Assembly: GCA_963816185.1 (NCBI GenBank)
Contig: CAWFJJ010000025.1
Span: 96,001 to 160,000 of the forward strand
Origin: Thermoanaerobaculia bacterium
Lineage (GTDB): Bacteria > Acidobacteriota > Thermoanaerobaculia > UBA5066
DNA: 64,000 nucleotides
Reading direction: 5' to 3'
Notes under the pieces: model-generated
What the model was told of the DNA's origin: nothing
Seen by the model: only the letters and a program-made list of their open reading frames with translations
Databases searched by the model: none
Position numbers and translations under genes: made by a program
Shown: piece by piece, positions 29,597 through 44,085 of the stretch
Numbering within the stretch: position 1 is the stretch's first letter
How the letters are laid out: every line of letters begins with the position of its first letter

Positions 29597-31420
29597 ATGA
29601 AGTCATTCCGCCCGGTTGTCCTGTTCCTCGTGTCCGTCTCCTTCGCCGCCTCCGCCGCCTCCGCCGCCGCCCAGCCGGCGCCGCCCCCGACCGTCGCCGA
29701 AGCGGAGGCGTTCCTGACGAGCGCCGAGCAGCGCCTGCTGCAGCTCGCCGTGGAGGCGGGGCGCGCGGACTGGGTGAAGGTCAACTTCATCACCGAGGAC
29801 ACCGAGCTCCTCGCGGCGAAGGCAGACGAGCGCGCGATCAACGCGGCCGTCGAGCTGGCCAAGCAGTCCGTGCGGTTCGACAAGCTCGCGCTCCCGGAGA
29901 CTCTCGCACGGAAGATGCGGCTCCTGAAGAACGCCCTCACGCTCGCGACTCCCTCGGACCCGCAGGAAAGCGAGCAGCTGACGCGCATCGCCTCGTCGAT
30001 GGAAGGCATGTACGGCAAGGGCAAGTACTGCCGGCCGGGCAAGGACGGGAAAGAAGAATGCCGCAACCTCGGTGACCTCGAGAAGGTCCTTGCGACGAGC
30101 CGTGACTACGACGAGCTCCTCGACGCCTGGACGGGCTGGCACGCCATCTCGCGCCCGATGCGAAAGGACTTCGTCACGTACGTCGCGCTCGCGAACAAGG
30201 GTGCCCGGGAGCTGGGTTTCGCCGACACCGGCGCCATGTGGCGGTCCAAGTACGACATGCCGCCGGACGCCTTCGCGGCCGAGCTGGATCGCCTGTGGGA
30301 GCAGGTCAGGCCGCTCTACCTGTCGCTCCATGCATACGTGCGCGCGAAGCTGCGCGAGAAATACGGCGAGAGGGTCCCGGCGAGCGGCCCCATTCCCGCG
30401 CACCTCCTCGGCAACATGTGGGCGCAGGAGTGGGGAAACATCTATCCGCTCGTGGCGCCGGCCGGCGCCGATCCCGGATACGACCTCACGCGGATCCTCA
30501 AGGACCGCAAGACGAACGACCAGCAGATGGTGAAGTACGGCGAGGGTTTCTTCACGTCCCTCGGATTCGCGCCGCTGCCCGAGACGTTCTGGAAGCGGTC
30601 GTTGTTCGTGAAGCCCCGCGACCGCGACGTCGTCTGTCACGCGAGCGCGTGGGACATCGACCTCGTGAACGACGTGCGCATCAAGATGTGCATCGACATC
30701 ACGGCCGAGGACTTCAACACCATCCACCACGAGCTCGGCCACAACTTTTACCAGCGCGCCTACGATGCCCAGCCGTTCCTTTTCCGCGACAGCGCCAACG
30801 ACGGCTTCCACGAGGCCGTCGGCGACACGATCGCGCTCTCCGTCACGCCGGAATACCTCGTGAAGCTCGGCCTCCTGGACAAGGCGCCGGACGCGTCGAA
30901 GGACATCGGCCTGCTCCTCGACAAGGCGCTCGAGAAGATCGCGTTCCTGCCGTTCGGGCTCGTGATCGACCAGTGGCGCTGGAAGGTCTTCTCGGGCCAG
31001 ATCCCGCCGGAGAAGTACAACGAGGCGTGGTGGGAACTCCGGAAGAAATACCAGGGGATCGCACCTCCCGTGACGCGGAGCGAGGGGGACTTCGATCCCG
31101 GCGCGAAGTACCACGTGGCCGGCAACGTCCCCTACATGCGCTACTTTCTGGCGGACATCCTCCAGTTCCAGTTCCACCGCGCCCTTGCGGGGATCGCCGG
31201 ATGCAAGGGTCCCCTCAACCGCTGTTCGATCTACTCGAACAAGGAAGCCGGAAGCCGCCTGAACGCGATGCTGTCGATGGGCGCGAGCCGCCCCTGGCCG
31301 GAAGCTCTCGCCTCCCTGACCGGAGAGAAGCAGATGGACGCGACCGCGATCCGCGAATATTTCGCGCCGCTTCAGAAGTGGCTGGACGAGCAGAACAAGG
31401 GAAAGCCGGTCGGGTGGTAG
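29597..31420 (+). CDS. M2 family peptidyl-dipeptidase (ACE-like)
   Basis: Signal peptide, HLLGNMWAQ, CHASAW, HHELGH, FHEAVGD, FDPGAKYH. Confidence 0.96.
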   Translation: MKSFRPVVLFLVSVSFAASAASAAAQPAPPPTVAEAEAFLTSAEQRLLQLAVEAGRADWVKVNFITEDTELLAAKADERAINAAVELAKQSVRFDKLALPETLARKMRLLKNALTLATPSDPQESEQLTRIASSMEGMYGKGKYCRPGKDGKEECRNLGDLEKVLATSRDYDELLDAWTGWHAISRPMRKDFVTYVALANKGARELGFADTGAMWRSKYDMPPDAFAAELDRLWEQVRPLYLSLHAYVRAKLREKYGERVPASGPIPAHLLGNMWAQEWGNIYPLVAPAGADPGYDLTRILKDRKTNDQQMVKYGEGFFTSLGFAPLPETFWKRSLFVKPRDRDVVCHASAWDIDLVNDVRIKMCIDITAEDFNTIHHELGHNFYQRAYDAQPFLFRDSANDGFHEAVGDTIALSVTPEYLVKLGLLDKAPDASKDIGLLLDKALEKIAFLPFGLVIDQWRWKVFSGQIPPEKYNEAWWELRKKYQGIAPPVTRSEGDFDPGAKYHVAGNVPYMRYFLADILQFQFHRALAGIAGCKGPLNRCSIYSNKEAGSRLNAMLSMGASRPWPEALASLTGEKQMDATAIREYFAPLQKWLDEQNKGKPVGW

Positions 31421-31424
31421 GGCA

Positions 31425-31853
31425 ATGACGGACCGGGTCGACTGGCACCGCTACTTCATGAACATCGCGCGCGAGGTCGCGAGCCGGGCGACGTGCCCGC
31501 GGAAGCACGTCGGAGCGGTGATCGTGCGCGACAGGAGGCTCCTGTCTACGGGCTACAACGGCTCGCTCCGCGGCCTTCCGCACTGTGACGAGGTGGGCTG
31601 CCTCATGGAGGACGGCCACTGCATCGCGACGGTCCACGCCGAGGCAAACGCGATCCTTCAGGCCGCGATGAACGGCGTCCGCATCGAGGGGGGCGAGATC
31701 TACACGACAGCCTCGCCCTGCTGGAACTGCTTCAAGCTCATCGCGAACGCAGGACTCGTTGCGGTCTACTTCGGCGAGTTCTACCGCGAGCCGCGCATCC
31801 ACGATTACGCCGACCGCGTGGGCATCCTGCTCGTCGACCTGTCGACGCGTTAA
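31425..31853 (+). CDS. dCMP deaminase family protein
   Basis: TGYNG, HAEANA, SPCWNC. Confidence 0.92.
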   Translation: MTDRVDWHRYFMNIAREVASRATCPRKHVGAVIVRDRRLLSTGYNGSLRGLPHCDEVGCLMEDGHCIATVHAEANAILQAAMNGVRIEGGEIYTTASPCWNCFKLIANAGLVAVYFGEFYREPRIHDYADRVGILLVDLSTR

Positions 31854-32545
31854 ACGAGCGCCTTCGCTGGTTTCGTGCGGGATGCGAGGTAGTCGTCGAT
31901 GAGCCGGCTCGCGTTTTGCGGAAGGCGGAAGAAGCGGGCACCGAAGCCGGAGTTCGGGCCTTCAGCGCGCCGCACGACGATGACCTCGCCCGTTACGGTC
32001 TTGCCGGATTGGTCGTGGGGAAGCCGGAAGCTGATCTCGAGGCGCGCACCGACGGGCTGAGGTTCGCTCGTCGCGGTGAAGAATCCCGACGAGGAGATAT
32101 CGGTGACGCGGCCCTCGGTCGGGTGTCCGTCGCGCCAGATCGCGACAGGCGCCTCGACTTTCACGCGCGGCGCGGCGCGCTCGAGAAGGGTCACGAGCCG
32201 TCGGACTTCGGCGAGCACTTCTTCGGGTGCGGCGCTTCCTGGGAAGACGTGGCCCGCCCCCGCGTTCCGGGCTACTTCGGCGCGGTCCGGCGGCGCCAGG
32301 ACGAGAAGCGGGACGTCTCGCGCGGCCGGAGCGGCGCGCACCGCCCGGACGGTCTCGAGGGCACCCTCGGGATCCAGCTCGAGGTCGACGATGACGAGGG
32401 AAGGACGGTGGGCGGCGACGGCGCGCACGGTCTCCTCCGCGGTGGCGACATCCAGGAGCTTCCAGTCGCTTCGCCGGAGCCAGGTCGGCCCCTCGGGGAG
32501 GCGTCTCCGCGCGCCTTCGAGAAGAAGAATCGTCGGCATGAGCAA
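31850..32545 (-). CDS. receiver-like + PilZ domain protein
   Basis: LVIVDL receiver core; RAAPR and DISSSG PilZ motifs. Confidence 0.85.
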   Translation of the reverse strand: MLMPTILLLEGARRRLPEGPTWLRRSDWKLLDVATAEETVRAVAAHRPSLVIVDLELDPEGALETVRAVRAAPAARDVPLLVLAPPDRAEVARNAGAGHVFPGSAAPEEVLAEVRRLVTLLERAAPRVKVEAPVAIWRDGHPTEGRVTDISSSGFFTATSEPQPVGARLEISFRLPHDQSGKTVTGEVIVVRRAEGPNSGFGARFFRLPQNASRLIDDYLASRTKPAKALV

Positions 32546-32582
32546 ATTCGAGAGCGAGTCTCTCTTGCGAGTGTACCCGTTT

Positions 32583-34460
32583 TCACCAGGTCAGATTGAA
32601 GCCGCCGGCGAACGTGCGCCGCGGCAGGGGGACCGAGGCGACCTCCTCGTACCGGACGTTGCCGAGATTCTCGCCGTCCACGAAGAACTCGAGGATGCGC
32701 CCCTGGAAGGCCTGCCACGAGAGGCGCCCCGACAGGAGCCAGACGCCGTCCGCAAGACTCGGGCGGGAGAAGTACGACAGGCGCGAGGTGACCGAGAGTG
32801 CGAGCGGAAGGGCGATGCCCGCGAGGAGGTCCCACTTCGCGTGGAGCGGGTCGAGCACGTACTTGCCCTCCGTCGCTCCGTCGGCCGCCGCCGACAGGCT
32901 CGCAAGATCGACGAACGTGTACGCGGCCTGGACACGAAGCTGCGTCAGAAAGCCGGGCCGCCCCCGGGTCCAGTCGGCTGACGCCTCGACGCCGTCCGTC
33001 ACGACGTCCCGCACGTTCCGCGCGCGCCAGGGCTCGTCGGAGGACGTGCGCACGAAGTCGATCAAGTCAGTCGCGTGCCGGTGAAAGTAAGCGGCATCGA
33101 ATGTGGCCGCTCCGAGCGTGAGGGCGGCTCCGGCCTCGACGTGCCATGCCTTCTCGGGCCTCAGGTTCGCGTTGCCGACGTTCTGCGGGTCGACGTAATA
33201 GAGCTCCGTGAACGACGGGATACGGAAGCTCGACCCGAACGACGTGCGAAGGGTGATGGGTGCGGCGACGTCCCAGGCGACCCCCGCGTACGGGGAAAGG
33301 CGCGAGCCGAAACCCTGGTAGTCATCGGCGCGCAGGCCCGCGTGCACGCCGGCCGTCGAGGACGCGGCCGGGTCCCAGGCGCGCGCGAACTCGGCGAAGA
33401 GCGCGCCGTGATCGCGGCCATGGTTCCCGAGGTTTGTGGACGAGATCGACTCGCGCCCCGCTTCCACGCCGAACGCGAACGAGCCGCCGAGGAGCGCATG
33501 GCGCGCGGCCGTGCGCAGGACGGAGGTGACCGTGTCGTGGAGGTTCTCGTAGAACGACGGGTCGCTCCGATCGAGGACGAAGTCGTCGTGGTGCGCGCGC
33601 ACGGACGCCGAGGGCGTCAGCGTCCAGCCGCCGAGAGCGAGCGTCGAGGAGAGCCCCGCGGTGCGCGTGCGCGTCGACTCCTGCTGGTTCGGAAAGGCCG
33701 TTCCGTAGAACGCGTAGGCGCCGAAGTTCCGGTTCGCATAGCCGAGGCCCAGCGTCACGGGTCCAGCGCCCGTGTTCCAGCGGCCGGAAACGCGCAGGAG
33801 GCCGGAGGCGGACTCCGTGTCGTCGCGGAAACCGGAGTTCTCGGTCCGGTGCCAGTCGACCGCCGCCGAAAAAGCCTCGCTCATGCGGACCGCGGCGCGG
33901 GCGCCGCCCGTGTCGAGAGAGTTGCTGCCGTGGGCATAGCGGGTCTCGATCTCCATGTTCGATCGCCCGAGGTCTGCTCCGCGCGTCACGATGTTCACGA
34001 CCCCGCCGACCGCGTTCGAGCCCCACAGCGCGGAACCGCCGCCCGCGAGGACCTCGATCCGCTCGACGGCGCCGAGGGGCACGTCGAAATCGGCGGAGAG
34101 GTGGCCGCTCTGGGCATCGGTCATGGGCTGGCCGTCCACGAGGAGAAGCGTGCCGTTGAAGTCCGAGCCCCGGATCCCGACGTCGGCCTGCGTCCCGTCG
34201 AGGCCACGCCTCCTGACGTCGAGCCCGAGAATCGTCTGGAGCACGTCGGGAAGCGTGCGGACTCCCGGCATCGCGGCGATCTCCTCCCGAGTCACGATCC
34301 GGACGGTGGCGGAAGCGGGCGGGACGTCGAGGCGCGTCGCGACGACCGCCACCTCCTGCTTGACGCGTTCAGGGGAGCCCTCCTCCGGGGGCGCCTCTTG
34401 ACCGAAAAGCGGTCGCGAAACGAGCGCCGCGGCGAGCGCAACGCCGGCGACGATTCTCAT
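32583..34460 (-). CDS. TonB-dependent receptor (BtuB-like)
   Basis: VVATR TonB box, IRG, LVDG, ERIEVL..SALWG..AVGGVVNI, NLRPE, C-terminal W. Confidence 0.93.
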   Translation of the reverse strand: MRIVAGVALAAALVSRPLFGQEAPPEEGSPERVKQEVAVVATRLDVPPASATVRIVTREEIAAMPGVRTLPDVLQTILGLDVRRRGLDGTQADVGIRGSDFNGTLLLVDGQPMTDAQSGHLSADFDVPLGAVERIEVLAGGGSALWGSNAVGGVVNIVTRGADLGRSNMEIETRYAHGSNSLDTGGARAAVRMSEAFSAAVDWHRTENSGFRDDTESASGLLRVSGRWNTGAGPVTLGLGYANRNFGAYAFYGTAFPNQQESTRTRTAGLSSTLALGGWTLTPSASVRAHHDDFVLDRSDPSFYENLHDTVTSVLRTAARHALLGGSFAFGVEAGRESISSTNLGNHGRDHGALFAEFARAWDPAASSTAGVHAGLRADDYQGFGSRLSPYAGVAWDVAAPITLRTSFGSSFRIPSFTELYYVDPQNVGNANLRPEKAWHVEAGAALTLGAATFDAAYFHRHATDLIDFVRTSSDEPWRARNVRDVVTDGVEASADWTRGRPGFLTQLRVQAAYTFVDLASLSAAADGATEGKYVLDPLHAKWDLLAGIALPLALSVTSRLSYFSRPSLADGVWLLSGRLSWQAFQGRILEFFVDGENLGNVRYEEVASVPLPRRTFAGGFNLTW

Positions 34461-34504
34461 GGGCGGGAGGATAGCGGATGACTCCGGGGTTAAAGTGGGG
34501 ACGG

Positions 34505-35647
34505 ATGGATACCCTCACTCACGGCCTGGCCGGAGCCCTCCTCGCCCGCGCTCTGCCATCCACGGGGGACGAAACGCTCGACCGCACGCTCGCGCGGCGC
34601 GAGGCCTGGGTCGGCTTCGTGGCGGCGATGTTCCCGGACCTGGACGTCTTCGTGTCGCCGTTCTCCGCCGAGTTCTACATCACGCAGCACCGCGCGTTCA
34701 CCCACTCGTTCGTGACTCTTCCGATATGGGTCGTCCTCCTCACGGCGGTCGCCTCGATCCGTCTCTCGCCTGCGCTCGGCCCCCCCGGCACGCCCGGCCG
34801 GCGCACGGCGGTCCGGCGCCTGGGCGTCGTCGTCGCGCTCGCTCTCGCCTCGCACATTCTTCTCGACTGGATCACGTCGTGGGGCACGATGTTCCTGTCA
34901 CCGATTTCGTCGGCGCGCTTCGCGCTCGACTGGACTTTCATCCTGGACGCGGCCCTGACCGGGCTGCTGGTCCTCGGCCTCGTAGGGGTCCGCGCCGTCT
35001 CGAGGCGCTCGTTCCCGCGATCGCGAGTCGCGGCACGTGCGGGTCTCGTCGCGGTGACCCTCTATGTCGGTTTCTGTGGCATCCGCCATGGAGAGGCCGT
35101 GCGGCTCGGCGAGGCGCTCGCGCCCCGAGCCACGGAGCGCGCCGCGATTCCCCAGCCGGGATCTCCGGATCGATGGCTCCTCCTTTCGGACGACGGGCCC
35201 ACCGTGACCGCGACGTTCGTGGATCTCGGCAAGCGGGGCCGGGAGCTCGCGCGGCCTAAGGAAGCCGACGTGCTCGCGCGCACGGGATTTCGCGGTGGTG
35301 CCCTGAACCTCTTCCGCAATCTCGCGGGCGTCTACCGGTCGCGCGACGATCTCGCGCCGCGAGTCATCGAGAAGGCGAACGGTCCGTTCGCGAGGCTCAC
35401 GCTCGAGAACGGCATCGCCGGCGTGTTCGGCCGCTTCGCGCGATTCCCCGCCGCGCGCGAGAAGGTGCGGGGCGAATCCGTGGAGGTCCTGCTTCGGGAC
35501 GTGCGCTTCGGCTACCTGTCGAAGGAAGTCGACCCGTTCACGTACATCGTCCGGTATTCCCTCGGAGGCCGGGTTCTGTCCGCGGGATTCCCGTCGTCGC
35601 GCTGGAGCCACGAGGCCGCGCCGCGCGCCGTCGGCGCCGCGCACTAG
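34505..35647 (+). CDS. YdjM/DUF457-like membrane metal-dependent hydrolase
   Basis: MDTLTH, PDLD, HRAFTHS, SHILLD, GT. Confidence 0.9.
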   Translation: MDTLTHGLAGALLARALPSTGDETLDRTLARREAWVGFVAAMFPDLDVFVSPFSAEFYITQHRAFTHSFVTLPIWVVLLTAVASIRLSPALGPPGTPGRRTAVRRLGVVVALALASHILLDWITSWGTMFLSPISSARFALDWTFILDAALTGLLVLGLVGVRAVSRRSFPRSRVAARAGLVAVTLYVGFCGIRHGEAVRLGEALAPRATERAAIPQPGSPDRWLLLSDDGPTVTATFVDLGKRGRELARPKEADVLARTGFRGGALNLFRNLAGVYRSRDDLAPRVIEKANGPFARLTLENGIAGVFGRFARFPAAREKVRGESVEVLLRDVRFGYLSKEVDPFTYIVRYSLGGRVLSAGFPSSRWSHEAAPRAVGAAH

Positions 35648-35666
35648 GAGGCCATTCCTGGCCCGC

Positions 35667-36428
35667 ATGCCGGTTCTCTTCGTCGGCCACGGCTCGCCGA
35701 TGAACGCAATCGAGGACAACGAGTGGAGCCGCGGGTTTTCGTCCCTCGCGCCGCTCGTGCCATCGCCCGTCGCGATCCTTGCGGTGTCGGCGCACTGGGA
35801 ATCGGACGGCACGTTCACGACCCTGGACGACCCGCCGGCTACGATCCACGACTTCGGCGGGTTCCCGCCTGAGCTCTACGCGATGCGCTATCCGGCTCCC
35901 GGTGACCCTGCTCTCGCCGCGCACGCCGCCGGCCTCACGGGCGGCTCGCCGGCGGACGGCCGCGGCCTCGACCACGGGACGTGGTCCGTCCTCCACCCGA
36001 TGTTCCCGGCCGCGAACGTGCCCGTCGTTCAGCTCTCGTTGGACGTCCGGGCGACGGCCGGCGAGCACCTCGCGCGCGGCCGCGCGCTCGCGCCGCTTCG
36101 CGACGAGGGCGTGCTTCTCCTCGCGAGCGGGAACCTGACTCACGACCTGAGAGATGCCTTCTCACGCATGCGCCGCGGCGATCCCACGACGCCCGACTGG
36201 GCCGCGCGCTTCGATACGGACGTCGCGCGGGCGCTCGAGACGCGCGACGACGCATGGCTCGTCCATGCCCTCGAGACGCCCGACGGCCGCCGCGCGCACC
36301 CGACGGCGGAGCACTGGCTCCCGATCCTCTACGCCGCCGGCGCCGCGAACGCGCGCGACAGGGTGAGTTTTCCGATCACGGGGTTCGACCTCGGATCGCT
36401 CTCGATGCGGGCGGTGTTGTTCGGGTGA
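35667..36428 (+). CDS. ygiD: 4,5-DOPA extradiol dioxygenase
   Basis: MPVLFVGHGSPM, SAHW, GLDHG, AHPTAEH. Confidence 0.92.
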   Translation: MPVLFVGHGSPMNAIEDNEWSRGFSSLAPLVPSPVAILAVSAHWESDGTFTTLDDPPATIHDFGGFPPELYAMRYPAPGDPALAAHAAGLTGGSPADGRGLDHGTWSVLHPMFPAANVPVVQLSLDVRATAGEHLARGRALAPLRDEGVLLLASGNLTHDLRDAFSRMRRGDPTTPDWAARFDTDVARALETRDDAWLVHALETPDGRRAHPTAEHWLPILYAAGAANARDRVSFPITGFDLGSLSMRAVLFG

Positions 36429-36446
36429 GCCCGCGCCTTCAAGCTG

Positions 36447-37046
36447 CTACGCCGCCCCGTGGACCGCGATCTCGACCTTCGGCGGGTGCTCGAGAACGCG
36501 GGCCTCGACGTCGAGGAGCTCCTCGAGCCGTTTCGTTGCCGCCTCTTCGCCCGCGTGGGCGATCGCGAGGTCGAGGTAAATCGGGCCGTGCCTCTTCTCG
36601 GCCTCGGCGAGCTCCTCGTAGAGCTTCGCGAGGCGCGCGTCTCTCAGGTGGCCGAGAAGGCGCTCGAACCTCTCGCAGCTGCGCGCCTCGATGAGCGCGG
36701 CGACGAGCAGGAGGTCCAGGCCTTTCTCGGGCTCGCGCTCCTTCCGGCACGCGGCGCGGAGCTCGGCCACGTAGAAATTGCGCCGCGTCGTGAGCATCGG
36801 CGCGCCGAGTCGGCGCGCTTCGCGCGAGACCTTGCGGAAATGGCGCAGCTCCTCGGCCGCGAGCGCCGAAAGCCGGTCGACGAGAGCCGGGCTCCGCGGG
36901 TACGTTCCGACGAGCGAAAGAGCCTGCACCGAAGCCTGCAGCTCGCAGACGGCGTGATCGGCGACGAGTGCGGGCAGGTTCTCCACGGCCGTGACGCGCG
37001 CCGCCCACGACTCGGGAGTCCTCGACCTCAGGCGGATCGGAATCAC
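36447..37046 (-). CDS. miaE: tRNA-(ms2io6A)-hydroxylase MiaE-like diiron protein
   Basis: DHAVCE, EELRHF, ALIEARSCERF, EKRH; GTG start overlaps upstream stop. Confidence 0.85.
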   Translation of the reverse strand: MIPIRLRSRTPESWAARVTAVENLPALVADHAVCELQASVQALSLVGTYPRSPALVDRLSALAAEELRHFRKVSREARRLGAPMLTTRRNFYVAELRAACRKEREPEKGLDLLLVAALIEARSCERFERLLGHLRDARLAKLYEELAEAEKRHGPIYLDLAIAHAGEEAATKRLEELLDVEARVLEHPPKVEIAVHGAA

Positions 37047-38089
37047 AGAACGGGCGCGGAGGCGGAGTCCGAGGAGGCGTGGAGCGTGGCTGCCGCCGGA
37101 GCCGGGGATGACGCTCCTGTTTCCTTCGAACGCCTGAGATAAGCGGAAGCCGCGCCGAGGTGCCCCGCACGCGTCAGGATCCGGAGCACGACCACGAGCT
37201 GCTGGCCGGCGAAGATCAGAAAGAAATCGCCGGTCTGCCTGCCGTCCCAGACGGGGCCGAGGAACAGCCACACGAGGAGAGGCAAGACGCCGAGAGCGCC
37301 GAAAAGAACCTCGAGCGCCAGCGTGCGGACGGGCCGCCCGAGGACGAACCCGAGGCCGCGCATCAGGGCGGTCAGGGGGTTCGGGACTCCCTGACCCAGG
37401 GCCGCCCGCGCGTAGAGGACGACGAGCCGGATGTATCCCGCCACGAGCAGGAATGCGCCGAGCCGGAGAAGGAGGAGCCCGGTCGCCTCCCACTCGTAGC
37501 GCAGCTCGTCGGTCTCGTAGAGCGTGCCCGCCGCCGCGTAGACGAAGCGGTATGCGGCCAGGATGCCGGCGAGCGAAAGCGCTCCGAGGAGGACGGACGG
37601 GACCGCAAAACGTGCGGCGTCCGCCCCGAACGCTGCGAGGCTCGTGCGCTCGCGCTCGGCGCCGAAACGCCCGGCAAGACCGCCGGAGAAGAGGGCCGCC
37701 AGAAACGCCGTGAGCGCGCCAAAGCCCACGGCCGAGCCCGAAAGCCCGGACGTGCGGAAGAAACCCGAGAGGGGCGTCGGCCGCCCCGAAGCGCGTCGCT
37801 CCTGGCGTTCGCCCGTCACGGCCTCGTCCCATTTCGAGAGATCGCCGAGGACGTCGGGGCGCGTGCGCGAAAAAGACGCGAAGAAAGCGTGGAGGTCCGC
37901 GTTGCCGGCGGCGAGCCGCTCGGCCCACGGGCTCTTGTCGAGCGTCTGCCGGAGCGCGGACGTCAGCGGGTGCGTGAAGGCGAAGGCGAGCGCCGCATTC
38001 AGGACGAGGAAGAGAAGGAGCGACTTCCACGTCTCGAGGGCCGAGGCGAGACCGCGTGTCGCGAGGACGAGGACGGAATCGCGCCTCAT
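37043..38089 (-). CDS. multi-pass membrane protein
   Basis: About 6 hydrophobic helices; ATGA overlap with the M1 peptidase. Confidence 0.75.
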   Translation of the reverse strand: MRRDSVLVLATRGLASALETWKSLLLFLVLNAALAFAFTHPLTSALRQTLDKSPWAERLAAGNADLHAFFASFSRTRPDVLGDLSKWDEAVTGERQERRASGRPTPLSGFFRTSGLSGSAVGFGALTAFLAALFSGGLAGRFGAERERTSLAAFGADAARFAVPSVLLGALSLAGILAAYRFVYAAAGTLYETDELRYEWEATGLLLLRLGAFLLVAGYIRLVVLYARAALGQGVPNPLTALMRGLGFVLGRPVRTLALEVLFGALGVLPLLVWLFLGPVWDGRQTGDFFLIFAGQQLVVVLRILTRAGHLGAASAYLRRSKETGASSPAPAAATLHASSDSASAPVL

Positions 38090-40107
38090 GCAACCCCCGC
38101 GAACCCCAGCATCGCAAAAAGCTCGAGGACGTTCTGCGCCCAGAAGCGCAGGCGAGCGGTCCAGCGGCGCGACGCGGCGGGCGCTTCCTCCGTGAGGCGT
38201 CCATTGTTGAGCGGGTTGGAATCGAGTAGGCACTTGCCGTCCGGATCGATCTCCACAGACAGGAGCTTCGGGCCCGTGGCGCGGTAGCGGATCCAGCGCG
38301 AGTCTGAGATCCACGGGCGGCGAACCCGCGTGCCGTCGGCGAAGCGCAGCTCGACGTCGACCGGCCACGACGCCTCGCCGAGCCGCTGGGCCACGGCGAT
38401 CGATTCCCAGCCGCCTGCATCGTCCTTCGGAATCACGAGCTTCCGCGCGTCGCCTTCGCCCGTATACCCCGTCAGAGGCCGCGCGCGGCGTGTGGAGGCC
38501 GACGTCACGGCGTAATCGACGGAACCCGCCGTGCTCCAGATCCCCGCGATCGCGCCGGCCGCCGCCTCGCCCGCGACCTCGCGAACGACCGCCAGAAAGT
38601 CCGCCGACGTCGGATGCCTGAAGGCCCAGCGGGTCGCGTACGTCTTCATGACATTCGTCCATGTCTTTTCGCCGAACGTGCGCTCGGCGGAGGCGAGGAG
38701 GAGGGCCGTGCGGCTGTAGGCGTTGACGCGCACGGCGTCGCCGTCGAGCTGGCGGAAGGACGGCACGTCCATCGCGTCCGACCGCGAAGCCTGGGCCCAG
38801 CGGCCGTAGCGCTCGCTCATCGCGAGCAGGGGCGGCACGGGCACGGAGGGGAACGCGACGGGGAGACCGAAAAAGCGCACGACGAGTGACGGGGCGCCGA
38901 ACGCGGCCATCTCCGTCCGGGCGGTCGCGTAGGTGTTGAAGCCCTCGTCGAGAGGCGCCTCCTCGAACTCGTTCGAGGCGAGCATTCCGTAGAAGACCTG
39001 ATGGCCGAACTCGTGAATCGTGACGCCTTCGGGCGAATGCGCGGCCGCGGGCGCGAGCCAGCGGGCGCCGCCCACGAAGAGCGTCGGGTACTCCATCCCC
39101 TCTGTGTGGCTGCCCCACGGCGGGTCCACGACAGTGACCAGCGGATAGGGATAGGGGACGTACCACGTGCCGTAATCCATGAGGGCGGCCTTGACGGCCT
39201 TGAGGTACCGGTCCCGCACGCGGCGGTGGTCGGGCTGCAGGAGGAGGAGGATGTCGACGTTGGGAAGGCCCGGCGCGCTGAACGTGTCGCGCACGACCTC
39301 GAAGCGCGGACAGGCCGTGAACGCGAAATCGTGCACGTCTTCCGCCGTGAAGCGCACGCGTACGAGGTCGCCCGGAATTTCGGTCTCCTCCTTGAGGACG
39401 CCCGTCGCGCCGACCCGGCCCTTGACGGCCTTCGGCAGCGTGAGCGTCACGTCGTAGTCGCCAAAGTCTGCGAAGAACTCGGTTGCGGCGTGAAACTGGT
39501 GCGCGTTCCATCCCTCGTCGGTGGCGACGCCCAGCTTCGGAAACCACTGCGCGCCGAGAAGGTAGTCGTCCTTCCAGCCCGTGCGCGCCACGGCGCGCGG
39601 AAACCGTCCCTCCCAGTCCACGCGGAAAGTGACCATCTCGCCGGGGCCGACCGGCCGCGGCAGCGCGACCGAGACGAGCGTCCGGTCTTCGGGATTGCCG
39701 TCGTCCGGAGAGAGGTACTGCAGCGACGGCGTCAGGTCGGTGCCGTCCTCGAGGGCGATGCGGTGGATCTCGGAAAAGCCCCACCGGCCCGCCTCCAGCC
39801 TGCGCACACCCCGATCGTTCCTTCCGCCGCCGCGCGTCTGCTCGGTGAGCCATGTGGAGCGGTCGTTCTTCCACGCGTTCAGGTAGAGGTGGAGCCGGAG
39901 GTCTTCGAACGAGAACTTCGTGCGGTTCGTGAAGCGCACGGTTTCCCTGCCTGTGATGGCGTGATCGGCATTGACCTGAGCCTCGATCGTGTAGGAGGCG
40001 ACCGGGGGAACGCGCGGACCACCTTCGGCGCGGGCCGATGCGAGGATCGCGACCGTCGCGAGGAGAGCGGAGGGGAGAGGCTTCCTCCGCGGGCGCAGGC
40101 TCGTCAC
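38086..40107 (-). CDS. M1 family metallopeptidase (secreted)
   Basis: GMEYP, HEFGH-x18-E; start uncertain (GTG 40107 or ATG 40164). Confidence 0.9.
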   Translation of the reverse strand: MTSLRPRRKPLPSALLATVAILASARAEGGPRVPPVASYTIEAQVNADHAITGRETVRFTNRTKFSFEDLRLHLYLNAWKNDRSTWLTEQTRGGGRNDRGVRRLEAGRWGFSEIHRIALEDGTDLTPSLQYLSPDDGNPEDRTLVSVALPRPVGPGEMVTFRVDWEGRFPRAVARTGWKDDYLLGAQWFPKLGVATDEGWNAHQFHAATEFFADFGDYDVTLTLPKAVKGRVGATGVLKEETEIPGDLVRVRFTAEDVHDFAFTACPRFEVVRDTFSAPGLPNVDILLLLQPDHRRVRDRYLKAVKAALMDYGTWYVPYPYPLVTVVDPPWGSHTEGMEYPTLFVGGARWLAPAAAHSPEGVTIHEFGHQVFYGMLASNEFEEAPLDEGFNTYATARTEMAAFGAPSLVVRFFGLPVAFPSVPVPPLLAMSERYGRWAQASRSDAMDVPSFRQLDGDAVRVNAYSRTALLLASAERTFGEKTWTNVMKTYATRWAFRHPTSADFLAVVREVAGEAAAGAIAGIWSTAGSVDYAVTSASTRRARPLTGYTGEGDARKLVIPKDDAGGWESIAVAQRLGEASWPVDVELRFADGTRVRRPWISDSRWIRYRATGPKLLSVEIDPDGKCLLDSNPLNNGRLTEEAPAASRRWTARLRFWAQNVLELFAMLGFAGVA

Positions 40108-40122
40108 GAGCGCGGATGCTAG

Positions 40123-43829
<3,707 letters not shown>

Positions 43830-43869
43830 GCGTATCGTCGAGGTTATCCTTCGCGGGACAGGAGGGTCG

Positions 43870-44085
43870 ATGGACATTCCGATGAAGGTCTACGTGACCT
43901 GCCCGCTCGCGGAGCTCAAACAGGTGCCCGGGATGCTCATCTCCGTCTCGCCGCACGGCTTCTACGAGATCAACCTGAACTACGGCTCGAACACGCACCT
44001 CATCCTGGTGCCGATCGAGGGGACCACGCTGACCGCGCAGGAGCCCGTCCTCAGCCCGGCGCCGAGCTTCGAGGTCGAGCGCTGA
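43870..44085 (+). CDS. small hypothetical protein
   Basis: AGGAGG RBS, host-like codon usage, 71 aa. Confidence 0.75.
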   Translation: MDIPMKVYVTCPLAELKQVPGMLISVSPHGFYEINLNYGSNTHLILVPIEGTTLTAQEPVLSPAPSFEVER